Origin: an archaeon
GTDB taxonomy: Archaea; Nanobdellota; Nanobdellia; SCGC-AAA011-G17; GW2011-AR20
Length of the DNA stretch: 63,493 nt
Reading direction: 5' to 3'
Assembly: GCA_043808705.1 (NCBI GenBank)
Contig: JAZDEO010000021.1
Location: forward strand, 1-63,493
The first letter of the stretch is position 1; each line of letters starts with the position of its first letter. Under the pieces are notes generated by a model that searched no databases, was not told where the DNA came from, and saw only the letters and a list, made by a program, of their open reading frames with translations. Below are positions 9,150-17,840 of this stretch, piece after piece. The translations under genes and the position numbers were made by a program.

Positions 9150-10501
9150 AAAAGATAATCTTATTGTTAATACCTTTATTTTTATTGTTGGGTTTATTTA
9201 ATGTATATGGGTATGAAACTAATTTAAGTGCTTTTGGTTTTTATCCATCATCAAGTTCCAGTAGTTTTAGATTTGAGGCTTTAAAATATACTCCGTATCC
9301 TGTTACGCCTGGTGATTATTTTGAGATATGGGTTAAGGTTACAAATACTGGAAATAATGATATGAGCAATGTTGAATTTCAATTAGTTGAGGAATATCCT
9401 TTTTCTGTATATGAATCTGACACTGTTGAAAGAAATTTTGGAGAACTTAACAAAAATACTCAGGTGATATTAAAATATAAAGTTAGGGTTGCTGATTCTG
9501 CTATTGAGAGTACTGAAAACTTAAAGATAAAGGCTAGAAGTGATTCTTCTTCAAGCTGGCTTATTTATTATTTACCTATTGAAATTAGAACAAGACAGTC
9601 TACTGTTGAAGCTATAATAACAAGTGAACCTGAAAGAATTGTCCCTGGAGAACCTGCTAAGATAAATGTAAAAATACAGAATACGCAAAATTCTTTGATG
9701 AGAGATATAAATGTAAAAATAGATTTTAGTGGAATGCCCTTCACTCCTTTAAATTCAATAAATGAAAAAAAAATAAATAAATTATCTGCTGATGAATTTG
9801 AAATATTAACATTTGACATAATCACAGATGCTGATGCAGTTCCTAAGCCTTATAAAATTTCTTTAATTGTTAATTTTTATGATAGTGGTGATCATTTAAA
9901 CTCAAGAAATTATACTATGGGATTACTAATAGAATCCATTCCAGAGATTCAGGTTGATCTAGAAGAAACTAAAGTCTATAAAGAGGGGGACAAGGGAAAG
10001 ATTACTGTATCTGTAAGCAATATAGGACCTTCAAGTCTTAAGTTTTTAAGTTTACAATTAAAAGAATCTGATAAATATGATATAATCTCTAATCCAAGGG
10101 TTTATTTGGGTAATTTAAATTCTGATGATTATGAAACAGCTGAATTTGATATTTACTCTAAAAATTCTCAAGATATAGAACTAGAATTGTTAGTTACATA
10201 TAAGAATGCATATAATGAAGAATTTAACAAAATAGAAACCTTAAAGTTACCTATGTATTCTAAATCTAAGGCATTAGCCTATGGTTTAGTAACTCAAAAA
10301 AGTAGTTCATTTATGATTCTTGTGTATATATTAATAGTAATATTCTTGTATGCTGTGTATAAAGAGTTTAAGATACAAAAGGATGTTGGAAGATCTTTTA
10401 AGGTAGTAATTTTAAGATGGATCAAAAACTTCTTTAATTTATTTAGGCCAAGTAATCTTAGATCTTTACCTAAAAGGATAAGAAACTTTTTTAGACAATG
10501 A
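9146..10501 (+). CDS. Extracellular beta-rich protein with signal peptide and C-terminal TM anchor (COG1361/CARDB-like)
   Basis: N-terminal signal, repeated beta-strand-like domains, C-terminal hydrophobic helix and a basic tail. Translationally overlapped with both neighbouring genes. Confidence 0.7.
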   Translation: MKKIILLLIPLFLLLGLFNVYGYETNLSAFGFYPSSSSSSFRFEALKYTPYPVTPGDYFEIWVKVTNTGNNDMSNVEFQLVEEYPFSVYESDTVERNFGELNKNTQVILKYKVRVADSAIESTENLKIKARSDSSSSWLIYYLPIEIRTRQSTVEAIITSEPERIVPGEPAKINVKIQNTQNSLMRDINVKIDFSGMPFTPLNSINEKKINKLSADEFEILTFDIITDADAVPKPYKISLIVNFYDSGDHLNSRNYTMGLLIESIPEIQVDLEETKVYKEGDKGKITVSVSNIGPSSLKFLSLQLKESDKYDIISNPRVYLGNLNSDDYETAEFDIYSKNSQDIELELLVTYKNAYNEEFNKIETLKLPMYSKSKALAYGLVTQKSSSFMILVYILIVIFLYAVYKEFKIQKDVGRSFKVVILRWIKNFFNLFRPSNLRSLPKRIRNFFRQ

Positions 10502-11679
10502 TCAAGGATTATTTTTCCCTTGCATTTAAAAGTATAGCGCATAGAAAATTAAGGGCCTGGCTTACTGTAATAGGCATTATAATTGGTGTAGGATCAATTA
10601 TAGCTTTAGTTGCAATATCTATGGGTTTAAAGACTTCTATAGAAACAGAATTTGAAAAGATGGGTGTTGACAAGATATTTATTGGACCTAAGGGTTATAT
10701 TAATGTTGGTAGTCAAGGCCTAACAACAGATGATATGGAAACAATAGATGCCATAGGTGATGTTGAATGGTCTCTTTCTCTTGTTTTTGCTCAGGGTAAA
10801 AAAGTAGAATTCAATAAAAAAGAGGTTTATGCTCAGATAGCTGGATATCAAACAAAAGATTTGGATAAAAAATTTGAAGATATGAATCTAAAAGCAGAAA
10901 GCGGTTCATTATTTAAGGGTGGGGAAACAGATAAAGTAATAGTAGGATCTAGAGTTGGAGAGGATTTTTTTGATAAAACAATAAGAGTAAAAGAGAATAT
11001 AGAGATAAGCGGGAAGAGATTTACTGTTGTTGGTGTTCTTGCAGAAATAGGAAATACCCAAGATGATACTATGATAATAATTCCTGAAGATACTGCCAGA
11101 GATTTATTTGACAAGCCCAATGAAGTAAGTTACATAGAGGTAAAAATAAAACCAGGAAATGATATAAATACTGTTGCTGCTAAAATAAAGAAGGAATTAA
11201 AGGACAAAAGAAATGATGAAAACTTTGAGGTAATAACTCCTGAACAGCTTTTAAAGACATTTGGAGATATATTAATGATAATTCAGGTTGTCTTAATTGG
11301 AATAGCTGCTATCTCTTTATTAGTTGGAGCAATTGGAATAATGAATTCTATGTATACTAGTGTTTTAGAAAGAACAAAAGAGATTGGAATCATGAAGAGT
11401 GTAGGAGCTAGGAATTCTGATATATTAAACTTGTTTTTAATAGAATCTGGAATAATTGGATTAGTTGGTGGATTTTTTGGAATAATATTAGGAATCTTAA
11501 TAGCAAAATTAGTTGAGGTGCTTGCTAAAAATGCTGGTTTTGGAATCTTAAAGATTAATGTTTCAATATATTTAATGATTGGTGGTTTATTATTTGCTTT
11601 TATAATTGGATCATTATCTGGGTTATGGCCTGCTTATAAGGCAGCTAAACTTAAACCAGTAGATGCATTAAGAAAATGA
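10498..11679 (+). CDS. ABC transporter permease, FtsX/MacB family (paralogue 1)
   Basis: N-terminal TM, large extracytoplasmic domain, and a C-terminal FtsX-like 3-TM block (IGIMKSVGARNSDIL). Confidence 0.9.
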   Translation: MIKDYFSLAFKSIAHRKLRAWLTVIGIIIGVGSIIALVAISMGLKTSIETEFEKMGVDKIFIGPKGYINVGSQGLTTDDMETIDAIGDVEWSLSLVFAQGKKVEFNKKEVYAQIAGYQTKDLDKKFEDMNLKAESGSLFKGGETDKVIVGSRVGEDFFDKTIRVKENIEISGKRFTVVGVLAEIGNTQDDTMIIIPEDTARDLFDKPNEVSYIEVKIKPGNDINTVAAKIKKELKDKRNDENFEVITPEQLLKTFGDILMIIQVVLIGIAAISLLVGAIGIMNSMYTSVLERTKEIGIMKSVGARNSDILNLFLIESGIIGLVGGFFGIILGILIAKLVEVLAKNAGFGILKINVSIYLMIGGLLFAFIIGSLSGLWPAYKAAKLKPVDALRK

Positions 11680-12863
11680 ACAAAGAAATATTCAGATTAG
11701 TAATAAGTTATATTATACATAGAAAGACAAGAATTTTATTGACTACATTAGGAATAGTTATTGGAATAGCAGCTATAGTATCTTTATTTTCTCTAGGTCA
11801 AGGACTTGAAAACGCTATTACAGCTCAATTCTCTACAATGGGTTCAAATAGATTAATGGTGGCATCTAAAGGTTTGCAAGGACCACCTATAGGTACACAA
11901 GGATTAACAACAGATGATGAAGATGTTCTGAAAGGGGATAGTGATTTTGAATATGTGTCTGGAATTTTATGGCTTCTTGGAAAGATAGAATATAATAAAG
12001 AGACAAGTTATAGAAATATACAGGCTATAAATCCTGAAAACGTAGACAAGGAATTTAAAGATATGGCCAGGTCATTTTATAAAGGTAAGGGTTTAGGAGG
12101 ATCTGGAAAATATTCTGCTGTTATTGGTTATAGATTAGCTAAGGACGAATTTGATAAAGAGATAAAAGTTAACAGTAAGATCTATATCGATGATATTCCT
12201 TTTAAGGTTGTAGGAATAGTAGAAGAACAAGGGGATCAAACAGAGGATTATATGATTAGGATTCCTATTGAAGCAGGGAGAGAAGTCTTTAATAAACCTA
12301 AAGAGGTTAATGTTATTACTGCTGTTGTTAAAGATGGAGTAGATATTGAAAGAGCAAAAGAAAGGGCAACTAAATTACTAGAGAAACATAGGGGAGAAGA
12401 AGATTTTCAAGTTATATCGCCTAAGGAAATACAGGAACAAATAAGTTCTATTTTAGGCATTGTCAGATCTGTTTTAATTGGAATAGCTGCTATATCTTTA
12501 TTAGTTGGAGCTATTGGCATAATGAATTCTATGTATACTAGTGTTTTAGAAAGAACTCGAGATATAGGAATTATGAAGAGTGTTGGAGCTAGAAATTCTG
12601 ATATATTAAGCTTGTTTTTAATTGAATCTGGAATAATTGGATTTATAGGAGGATTAATTGGGATTGTTATTGGATCTTTACTTGCTTTCTCTGTTCAGTT
12701 TGGGGCTACACAAGCTGGGTTTACTTTATTGAAGGTAACTATAGACTATAAAGTTATGTTGTTTGGACTGGGCTTTGCTTTCCTGTTAGGGATGTTTTCC
12801 GGAATACTTCCTGCTTACAGGGCAGCTAAATTAAAGCCTGTTGATGCACTAAGATATGAATAA
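11676..12863 (+). CDS. ABC transporter permease, FtsX/MacB family (paralogue 2)
   Basis: Same architecture as 10498-11679, ending in the same motif …AAKLKPVDALR. Confidence 0.9.
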   Translation: MNKEIFRLVISYIIHRKTRILLTTLGIVIGIAAIVSLFSLGQGLENAITAQFSTMGSNRLMVASKGLQGPPIGTQGLTTDDEDVLKGDSDFEYVSGILWLLGKIEYNKETSYRNIQAINPENVDKEFKDMARSFYKGKGLGGSGKYSAVIGYRLAKDEFDKEIKVNSKIYIDDIPFKVVGIVEEQGDQTEDYMIRIPIEAGREVFNKPKEVNVITAVVKDGVDIERAKERATKLLEKHRGEEDFQVISPKEIQEQISSILGIVRSVLIGIAAISLLVGAIGIMNSMYTSVLERTRDIGIMKSVGARNSDILSLFLIESGIIGFIGGLIGIVIGSLLAFSVQFGATQAGFTLLKVTIDYKVMLFGLGFAFLLGMFSGILPAYRAAKLKPVDALRYE

Positions 12864-12889
12864 TTTTATGGATAGATTATATTAATTTT

Positions 12890-13453
12890 TTATAAGACTC
12901 TTTTTAGGCTTTTTTCTAAGAAAGGAAGAATATCAAATTTTCTGATTTCTTTAGGATATATCCATCTATATTCTGTATGCTCAAAATCCAGCTTTATTTT
13001 TGGTTTATCTTTAAGTTCAATTAATACTGGATGAATCAACCAGGCTTTTTTTATTTTTTTATCATAGATTTTAATTGGTTTGCCTATTTTCATAGACAAA
13101 ACATTATTTTCTTTAATGTCAAGCTCTTCTTTAATTTCCTCTAAGGATTTCTCTTTTAATGTTTTATCTTCATCTATATAACCGGCAACAGAACTCCATT
13201 TTTCTTTATAGTTTTTAACTTTTGAACTTCTCTTTAATAACAATATCTTATTTTTATATTTTACAAAACAATTTATTGTAGGAGCTCTATTAGAATTTGA
13301 ATAATTAATTCTACCATCTTTAAATCTTGGAAGTTTTTTAAATTCTAAAATGAGATTGCCTACATAACCACAATCTTTACACATATAGCTGTTAAATATG
13401 CCTCCTGTATAAAAAAAGATATCAGAGGATTTACATTTAGGGCATAATTTCAT
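12890..13453 (-). CDS. NUDIX hydrolase with N-terminal zinc ribbon
   Basis: CPKC…CKDC ribbon followed by a Nudix-box-like GYIDEDKTLKEKSLEEIKEELDI. Start set at MKLCPKC. Confidence 0.7.
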   Translation of the reverse strand: MKLCPKCKSSDIFFYTGGIFNSYMCKDCGYVGNLILEFKKLPRFKDGRINYSNSNRAPTINCFVKYKNKILLLKRSSKVKNYKEKWSSVAGYIDEDKTLKEKSLEEIKEELDIKENNVLSMKIGKPIKIYDKKIKKAWLIHPVLIELKDKPKIKLDFEHTEYRWIYPKEIRKFDILPFLEKSLKRVL

Positions 13454-13634
13454 TTTTAAGATTCTTTTTAACAATCTTTTTTTTATCTTTCTTGTACATT
13501 CTCTCAAGTTCTTTATCAACCATTATAGTGCTTATATTCCCGCATGTATTGCATCTATATGTTGTGATTAATGAATCAACATTAACAAATATTTTTGTTG
13601 ACCCACATTTTGCACATCTTATTTTTTTAACCAT
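13437..13634 (-). CDS. Small zinc-ribbon protein
   Basis: CAKCGS…CNTCGN in a 65-aa ORF. Short overlaps with both neighbouring genes. Confidence 0.5.
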   Translation of the reverse strand: MVKKIRCAKCGSTKIFVNVDSLITTYRCNTCGNISTIMVDKELERMYKKDKKKIVKKNLKNEIMP

Positions 13635-14371
13635 AAAAAATACGCTCCTACTATTGCTAAGATAATACTAAGTATCTGACCTAGGGGAATTCCAAAATAT
13701 AAAGTTATTGGTTCTTTAAAGAATTCTATTATGAATCTTAATAAGCCGTATATGAAGATAAAGGTCCAAAATAATGTGCCTTCTTTTAAATTTTTATTTT
13801 TAGAACTATTTTTAAAGTAAAGCAATGTAAAAAATATTACTAGATTTTTAAATGCTTCATAAAGCTGTGTTGGGTGCCTGCATCCTTCATAATTGGAAAA
13901 TTTAACACACCATTTTACATTTGTAATTTTTCCCACAAGTTCCCCATTTATGAAATTCATTATCCTTCCTAAGAATAGGAAAAATGCTAAAGGTAAAATA
14001 ATGATATCTGCTATTTTATAGAAACTAATCTTCTTTTTTTTGGAATATACTAAAGTAACTATTATGCCTCCTAAAAAACCTCCGTGAAAGCTCATGCCTC
14101 CATGCCAAAAGGCTATTATCTCTTTAAGATTTGTAAAATAGTAATAAGGTTCATAAAACAATACTTCAAATAATCTGGCTCCTATTATTGATCCTAAAAT
14201 AAAATAGAAAACAAAATCATATATGTTATCTTTGCTTAATCCTATTTTCTCTCTGTTAATCATTAAATACCAAAGCAAGAATAAAAAACCCAGAACATAA
14301 ATAATTCCATAGTATCTTATTTCTAGTCCAAATATACTAAAGAGTACTGGATTTATGTTATGAATAAACAT
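13619..14371 (-). CDS. lgt: Prolipoprotein diacylglyceryl transferase (Lgt) homologue
   Basis: Polytopic membrane protein carrying the Lgt signatures HGGMSFHGGFLGG and RHPTQLYEA. Confidence 0.85.
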   Translation of the reverse strand: MFIHNINPVLFSIFGLEIRYYGIIYVLGFLFLLWYLMINREKIGLSKDNIYDFVFYFILGSIIGARLFEVLFYEPYYYFTNLKEIIAFWHGGMSFHGGFLGGIIVTLVYSKKKKISFYKIADIIILPLAFFLFLGRIMNFINGELVGKITNVKWCVKFSNYEGCRHPTQLYEAFKNLVIFFTLLYFKNSSKNKNLKEGTLFWTFIFIYGLLRFIIEFFKEPITLYFGIPLGQILSIILAIVGAYFLWLKK

Positions 14372-14889
14372 CTTATTTTTTTAATTGTTTTTTGCTTTTA
14401 TAAGTATTTTGGTGGCTATGACTTTTAGTCCTAAAACTGCTCCTCTGGAAAAGGTAAGCATTTTTAATAATCTGTGATTATTTGTTTATGTGCAAATCTG
14501 TGCAAAGCCGATGACTATAATTCAGGAAACCATACAATCTGGGCTAAAAATAGCTTTAATTTTGTAAAAAAAGCCTAATTTCTTCTTTTTTTTATTTTTT
14601 TTTATTTTTTGGGTTATTTTAAGCCTTTTTTAAGTTTTTTTGAATATTTTCTAGTTAAGCATTAATTAGGGGTAATTTATGAATAGATTAGATTTATATT
14701 TCTTTTTTATTAAAAGGTAAATATTTCTCTATTTTTGGATAAATTTAAAAAAAATGATAAGATAATTATAAATAGTCTAATATACTTAAGATTATAATAA
14801 GATTGGTGTTAAAATATAGTGAACTTGGTGTTAAAGATAATAAAACTAGATATAATAATAAAACCGTATAATAATAAAACCAATATACA

Positions 14890-15654
14890 ATGGGGTTAAA
14901 TGTGATAAAAATGAATGGGAAAAAAGGGGCTTTAGCTTTAGAAGAGATTGTTGGAGCAGAGCAGTTATTGACTCTTAATTCAGATATAAACCCTTATTTA
15001 AGAAATAAACTTTTACAATATTTGTATAATATCAAAGTAGACTTTAGAGATAGAAGGATAAAGAAAAAAGAAGGGGGTTTTTTAAAGAACATAGTCAGTT
15101 ATGTAACAAATTATGTGAGCCAATTGTTCTCTCATAAGAAATGTGGCGCTATTGTTGTTTTAGGCTATAAACAAGATCATGATGCCTGCTTTTATCCAAT
15201 GCATACAGATTTAGTAGAAGAAAGAGGATTGGAATACAATCTTAGGTATCAAGATGCAGCAGAGGGCCTATTGATGGATGCTGCAACAGGCACAGATGGG
15301 GCTGTATTAATTGACTCAGATGGAAATATTGCTGCTACTGGTATTTACTTAAATGGTTTTTCATTAAGAGATGTTGTTAAAACAAGGGATCCAAACTATG
15401 TTTTTAAAGGAAGAGGTTCAAAAACAAAAAGAAATTTGTCTCAATTATTTGGGTTTAGAGAAAAGGTAGGAACAAGGCATATAAATGCTTCAGCTGTCTC
15501 GCAAATTTTGCCTGATGTATTAGTTTATACACTAAGTGAAGAGTGCCCTGATCCCAAGATAAGGATTTTTTATCAAGGCAATATAGTAGCAAGCATTTAT
15601 GAAGATGAGGTTGTGAACCTTAATGATCCAGCCAGATATAGGTTAGCAGCTTAA
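14890..15654 (+). CDS. Diadenylate cyclase (DAC/DisA_N) domain protein, DacZ-like
   Basis: DAC motifs TDGAVLIDSDGNI and GTRHINASAVS, the latter being a variant of the RHR motif. Confidence 0.7.
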   Translation: MGLNVIKMNGKKGALALEEIVGAEQLLTLNSDINPYLRNKLLQYLYNIKVDFRDRRIKKKEGGFLKNIVSYVTNYVSQLFSHKKCGAIVVLGYKQDHDACFYPMHTDLVEERGLEYNLRYQDAAEGLLMDAATGTDGAVLIDSDGNIAATGIYLNGFSLRDVVKTRDPNYVFKGRGSKTKRNLSQLFGFREKVGTRHINASAVSQILPDVLVYTLSEECPDPKIRIFYQGNIVASIYEDEVVNLNDPARYRLAA

Positions 15655-15689
15655 TTATTTCTAATTTCTTATTAATCTTTTTATGTTTT

Positions 15690-16343
15690 TTATCCTCTTG
15701 ATCTCTTGATTAATAATCTTATTATAAAACTAGAGGCAATTAAGAATATTGAAGTAATTAATATATTTAATATTAATGTCTTAAAGAAATCATAGAAGAA
15801 ATATTCTGGAAACATCTTGATTAAATTATCTTTTAATGGATCTAGTAACCATAAGTCATTATTAAAGATAAGAAGATGAAAATTATAAAATAAATTATTA
15901 AAGTTGAATAAGCTTACTATTATTAAAAAGATTATTAAAGAAAGTCCTGAAATCATAAAAGAATCTAAAATTGTTAGATATTCTTTCTTGTATAATAAAT
16001 AAGATGTTAATATTACAAAGATTATTAATAGAATGTACAGAAGAATAAAGGCTATGTTTATTAAATTTTTAACATCTATTAAATGAAGTTTCTCTTTTTC
16101 ATTGAAGAAGCTATTGTCTAAATTATCATTGTTTTTAAAATAATTAAACAAAACATTTTTGTTGTATTCTAAAACGCTTTTATTAATGTTGTTATTAATG
16201 CTGTTTTTTTCAAATTCCTTTTCATAGAAATTATTGTTAAATACTAAAAGTTTGAAATTTAATAAAATTATTAATAAGATAATTAATAAATCTAAGATAA
16301 TTAAAAAAGTATATTTTTTTGTTTTTATGTTACTTAGAACCAT
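15690..16343 (-). CDS. Integral membrane protein (hypothetical, Asn-rich loop)
   Basis: Several hydrophobic helices. 10-nt overlap with the upstream gene. Confidence 0.6.
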   Translation of the reverse strand: MVLSNIKTKKYTFLIILDLLIILLIILLNFKLLVFNNNFYEKEFEKNSINNNINKSVLEYNKNVLFNYFKNNDNLDNSFFNEKEKLHLIDVKNLINIAFILLYILLIIFVILTSYLLYKKEYLTILDSFMISGLSLIIFLIIVSLFNFNNLFYNFHLLIFNNDLWLLDPLKDNLIKMFPEYFFYDFFKTLILNILITSIFLIASSFIIRLLIKRSRG

Positions 16344-17581
16344 CCTAAAAGCATTCCAATACCTAATATTAATAATAATAGACCCATTAATAATTTCATC
16401 AAGCTTCTTTGTGATTTTCTCCAGCTCTCTATGTGTTCTGTTTTCATGCCTTTTGTTACTAAAACCAAGATAACTATTAATGGAATTATGAACATTAGGT
16501 TATAAATCAATAAATAGATTGTTGCCTGAACTGTTGTTACTGAATTTGCTAGCATAGCTAAGATTGCTAGGTAAATCCCTCCTGTACAAGGAAGCTCAAA
16601 CATACTAACTAGAAAGCCTAAAACTATGGCAGCAGGAATATTTGCTTTTTCTGTCCATTTTTGGATAATTCCTTTCTTGCTTTCTGGAATCTGTAAAGAA
16701 ATGCCTTTACCATACCAGAAATAATCTTTTATATTTATTAGCCCAAATATTATTGCCAGAACAGCTGCTATCTTAAATATAATAGAGGAAAATCCAGTAA
16801 GCTGTATTATGCTTAATATTCCGAAACCTGCTAAAAAATATGTAACATAAACTGTAATTACATAAGCTATTCCTGCTTTTATCATTCTACTTCTATTATT
16901 TGAGATTTCTAGTAAAAACATTAACAAAAAGATTAGAACAGCAAATGCACATGGATTAATACCATCTATTAAACCAGATAAAAGGATTAAAGGCATAGAA
17001 ACTTTCTTTTCTATGATTGGTTGATTATCGCTTACTGTTATATTAGTATCGTGACATACCATGCCTTCTAAAGAACAGATTCTGACATTGCTGTTTAAGG
17101 CTTCCTGGATTTTTGGCTCTAGATTTTCTTTTATTGCTGAAGTACCCATTAGATATTCATTGTTTATAACAACTAAAGGGATTCCTCTTTCTTCTAGAGG
17201 TATATTGTTTATACCACAATAATTATTATAAGAATTATAGTTATTTAGGTTATGATAAATTTCTAGTCTAGTAATGTGTATTTCTCCTTTGTACTTGTCT
17301 TCGATTTCATCTATATAGGACTTTATTTGGGCACATTTACTGCATTCCTGACCATAAAAATAAACTACACATAATTCTTTGTTATCATGTCCTATAGAAT
17401 AATTATTTGTTGTTGATATATTCGAGCTACTATTTGAGCTGCTATTCGAGCTACTAATTGAGTTACTAATTAAACTACTATTTATTGAACATAAATCCTG
17501 ATTTGTACATGTATCATTAAAATCTGCATTAACAAAGCTTACAAGTAAAATAAAAAAAAACAATATTAATAATTTCTTCAT
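16334..17581 (-). CDS. Thioredoxin-like domain fused to a CcdA/DsbD-type transmembrane thiol:disulfide transfer domain
   Basis: Signal peptide, Ser/Asn repeat linker, CxxC (GQECSKCAQ), then a TM domain with INPCAF and ELPCTGG Cys motifs. Confidence 0.8.
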   Translation of the reverse strand: MKKLLILFFFILLVSFVNADFNDTCTNQDLCSINSSLISNSISSSNSSSNSSSNISTTNNYSIGHDNKELCVVYFYGQECSKCAQIKSYIDEIEDKYKGEIHITRLEIYHNLNNYNSYNNYCGINNIPLEERGIPLVVINNEYLMGTSAIKENLEPKIQEALNSNVRICSLEGMVCHDTNITVSDNQPIIEKKVSMPLILLSGLIDGINPCAFAVLIFLLMFLLEISNNRSRMIKAGIAYVITVYVTYFLAGFGILSIIQLTGFSSIIFKIAAVLAIIFGLINIKDYFWYGKGISLQIPESKKGIIQKWTEKANIPAAIVLGFLVSMFELPCTGGIYLAILAMLANSVTTVQATIYLLIYNLMFIIPLIVILVLVTKGMKTEHIESWRKSQRSLMKLLMGLLLLILGIGMLLGWF

Positions 17582-17707
17582 AACCTTTTTTATAAATCCT
17601 GGTTTTTTAAATTTAACTAAAATGCTTGTTTATGTCATTTGATTGTTTTTATTGTTTTATTTATAGCACCAAAAAATTTAAATATTATAAAATATTTAAT
17701 TAATTAA

Positions 17708-17803
17708 GGTTAGATGGAGGCAACTTAGAGCTAAAATTAATATCTTCGGATATTAAAGATGATTCTTCGGAATCAAAATATCTAAGCCTTGACCATCATA
17801 ACC
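17708..17803 (+). ncRNA. Unclassified structured RNA candidate
   Basis: Nested helices: GGTTAGATGG/CCATC(A)TAACC, CTTAGA/TCTAAG, and two TTCG-capped hairpins (TTAATATC-TTCG-GATATTAA and GATTC-TTCG-GAATC). A TTTAAATAT box lies ~25-30 nt upstream. Confidence 0.4.
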
Positions 17804-17840
17804 TTTAAATATGCATTCTTACTTTTAATTACTGAAAAAA

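Noticed and set aside
14490-14560. Possible C/D-box sRNA (GCC-GATGAC…ATCTGG-GC) in the long lgt/DAC intergenic region.
   Set aside because: The C box lacks the RUGAUGA consensus, the putative D box is CUGG rather than CUGA, and no C'/D' pair is present.
17400-17480. Short tandem ~12-15-nt repeats (tattcgagctac / tatttgagctgc / taattgagttac) that could look like a repeat array.
   Set aside because: They are in frame within 16334-17581 and encode the SSNSSSNSS linker. There are no spacers and no CRISPR-like repeat length.
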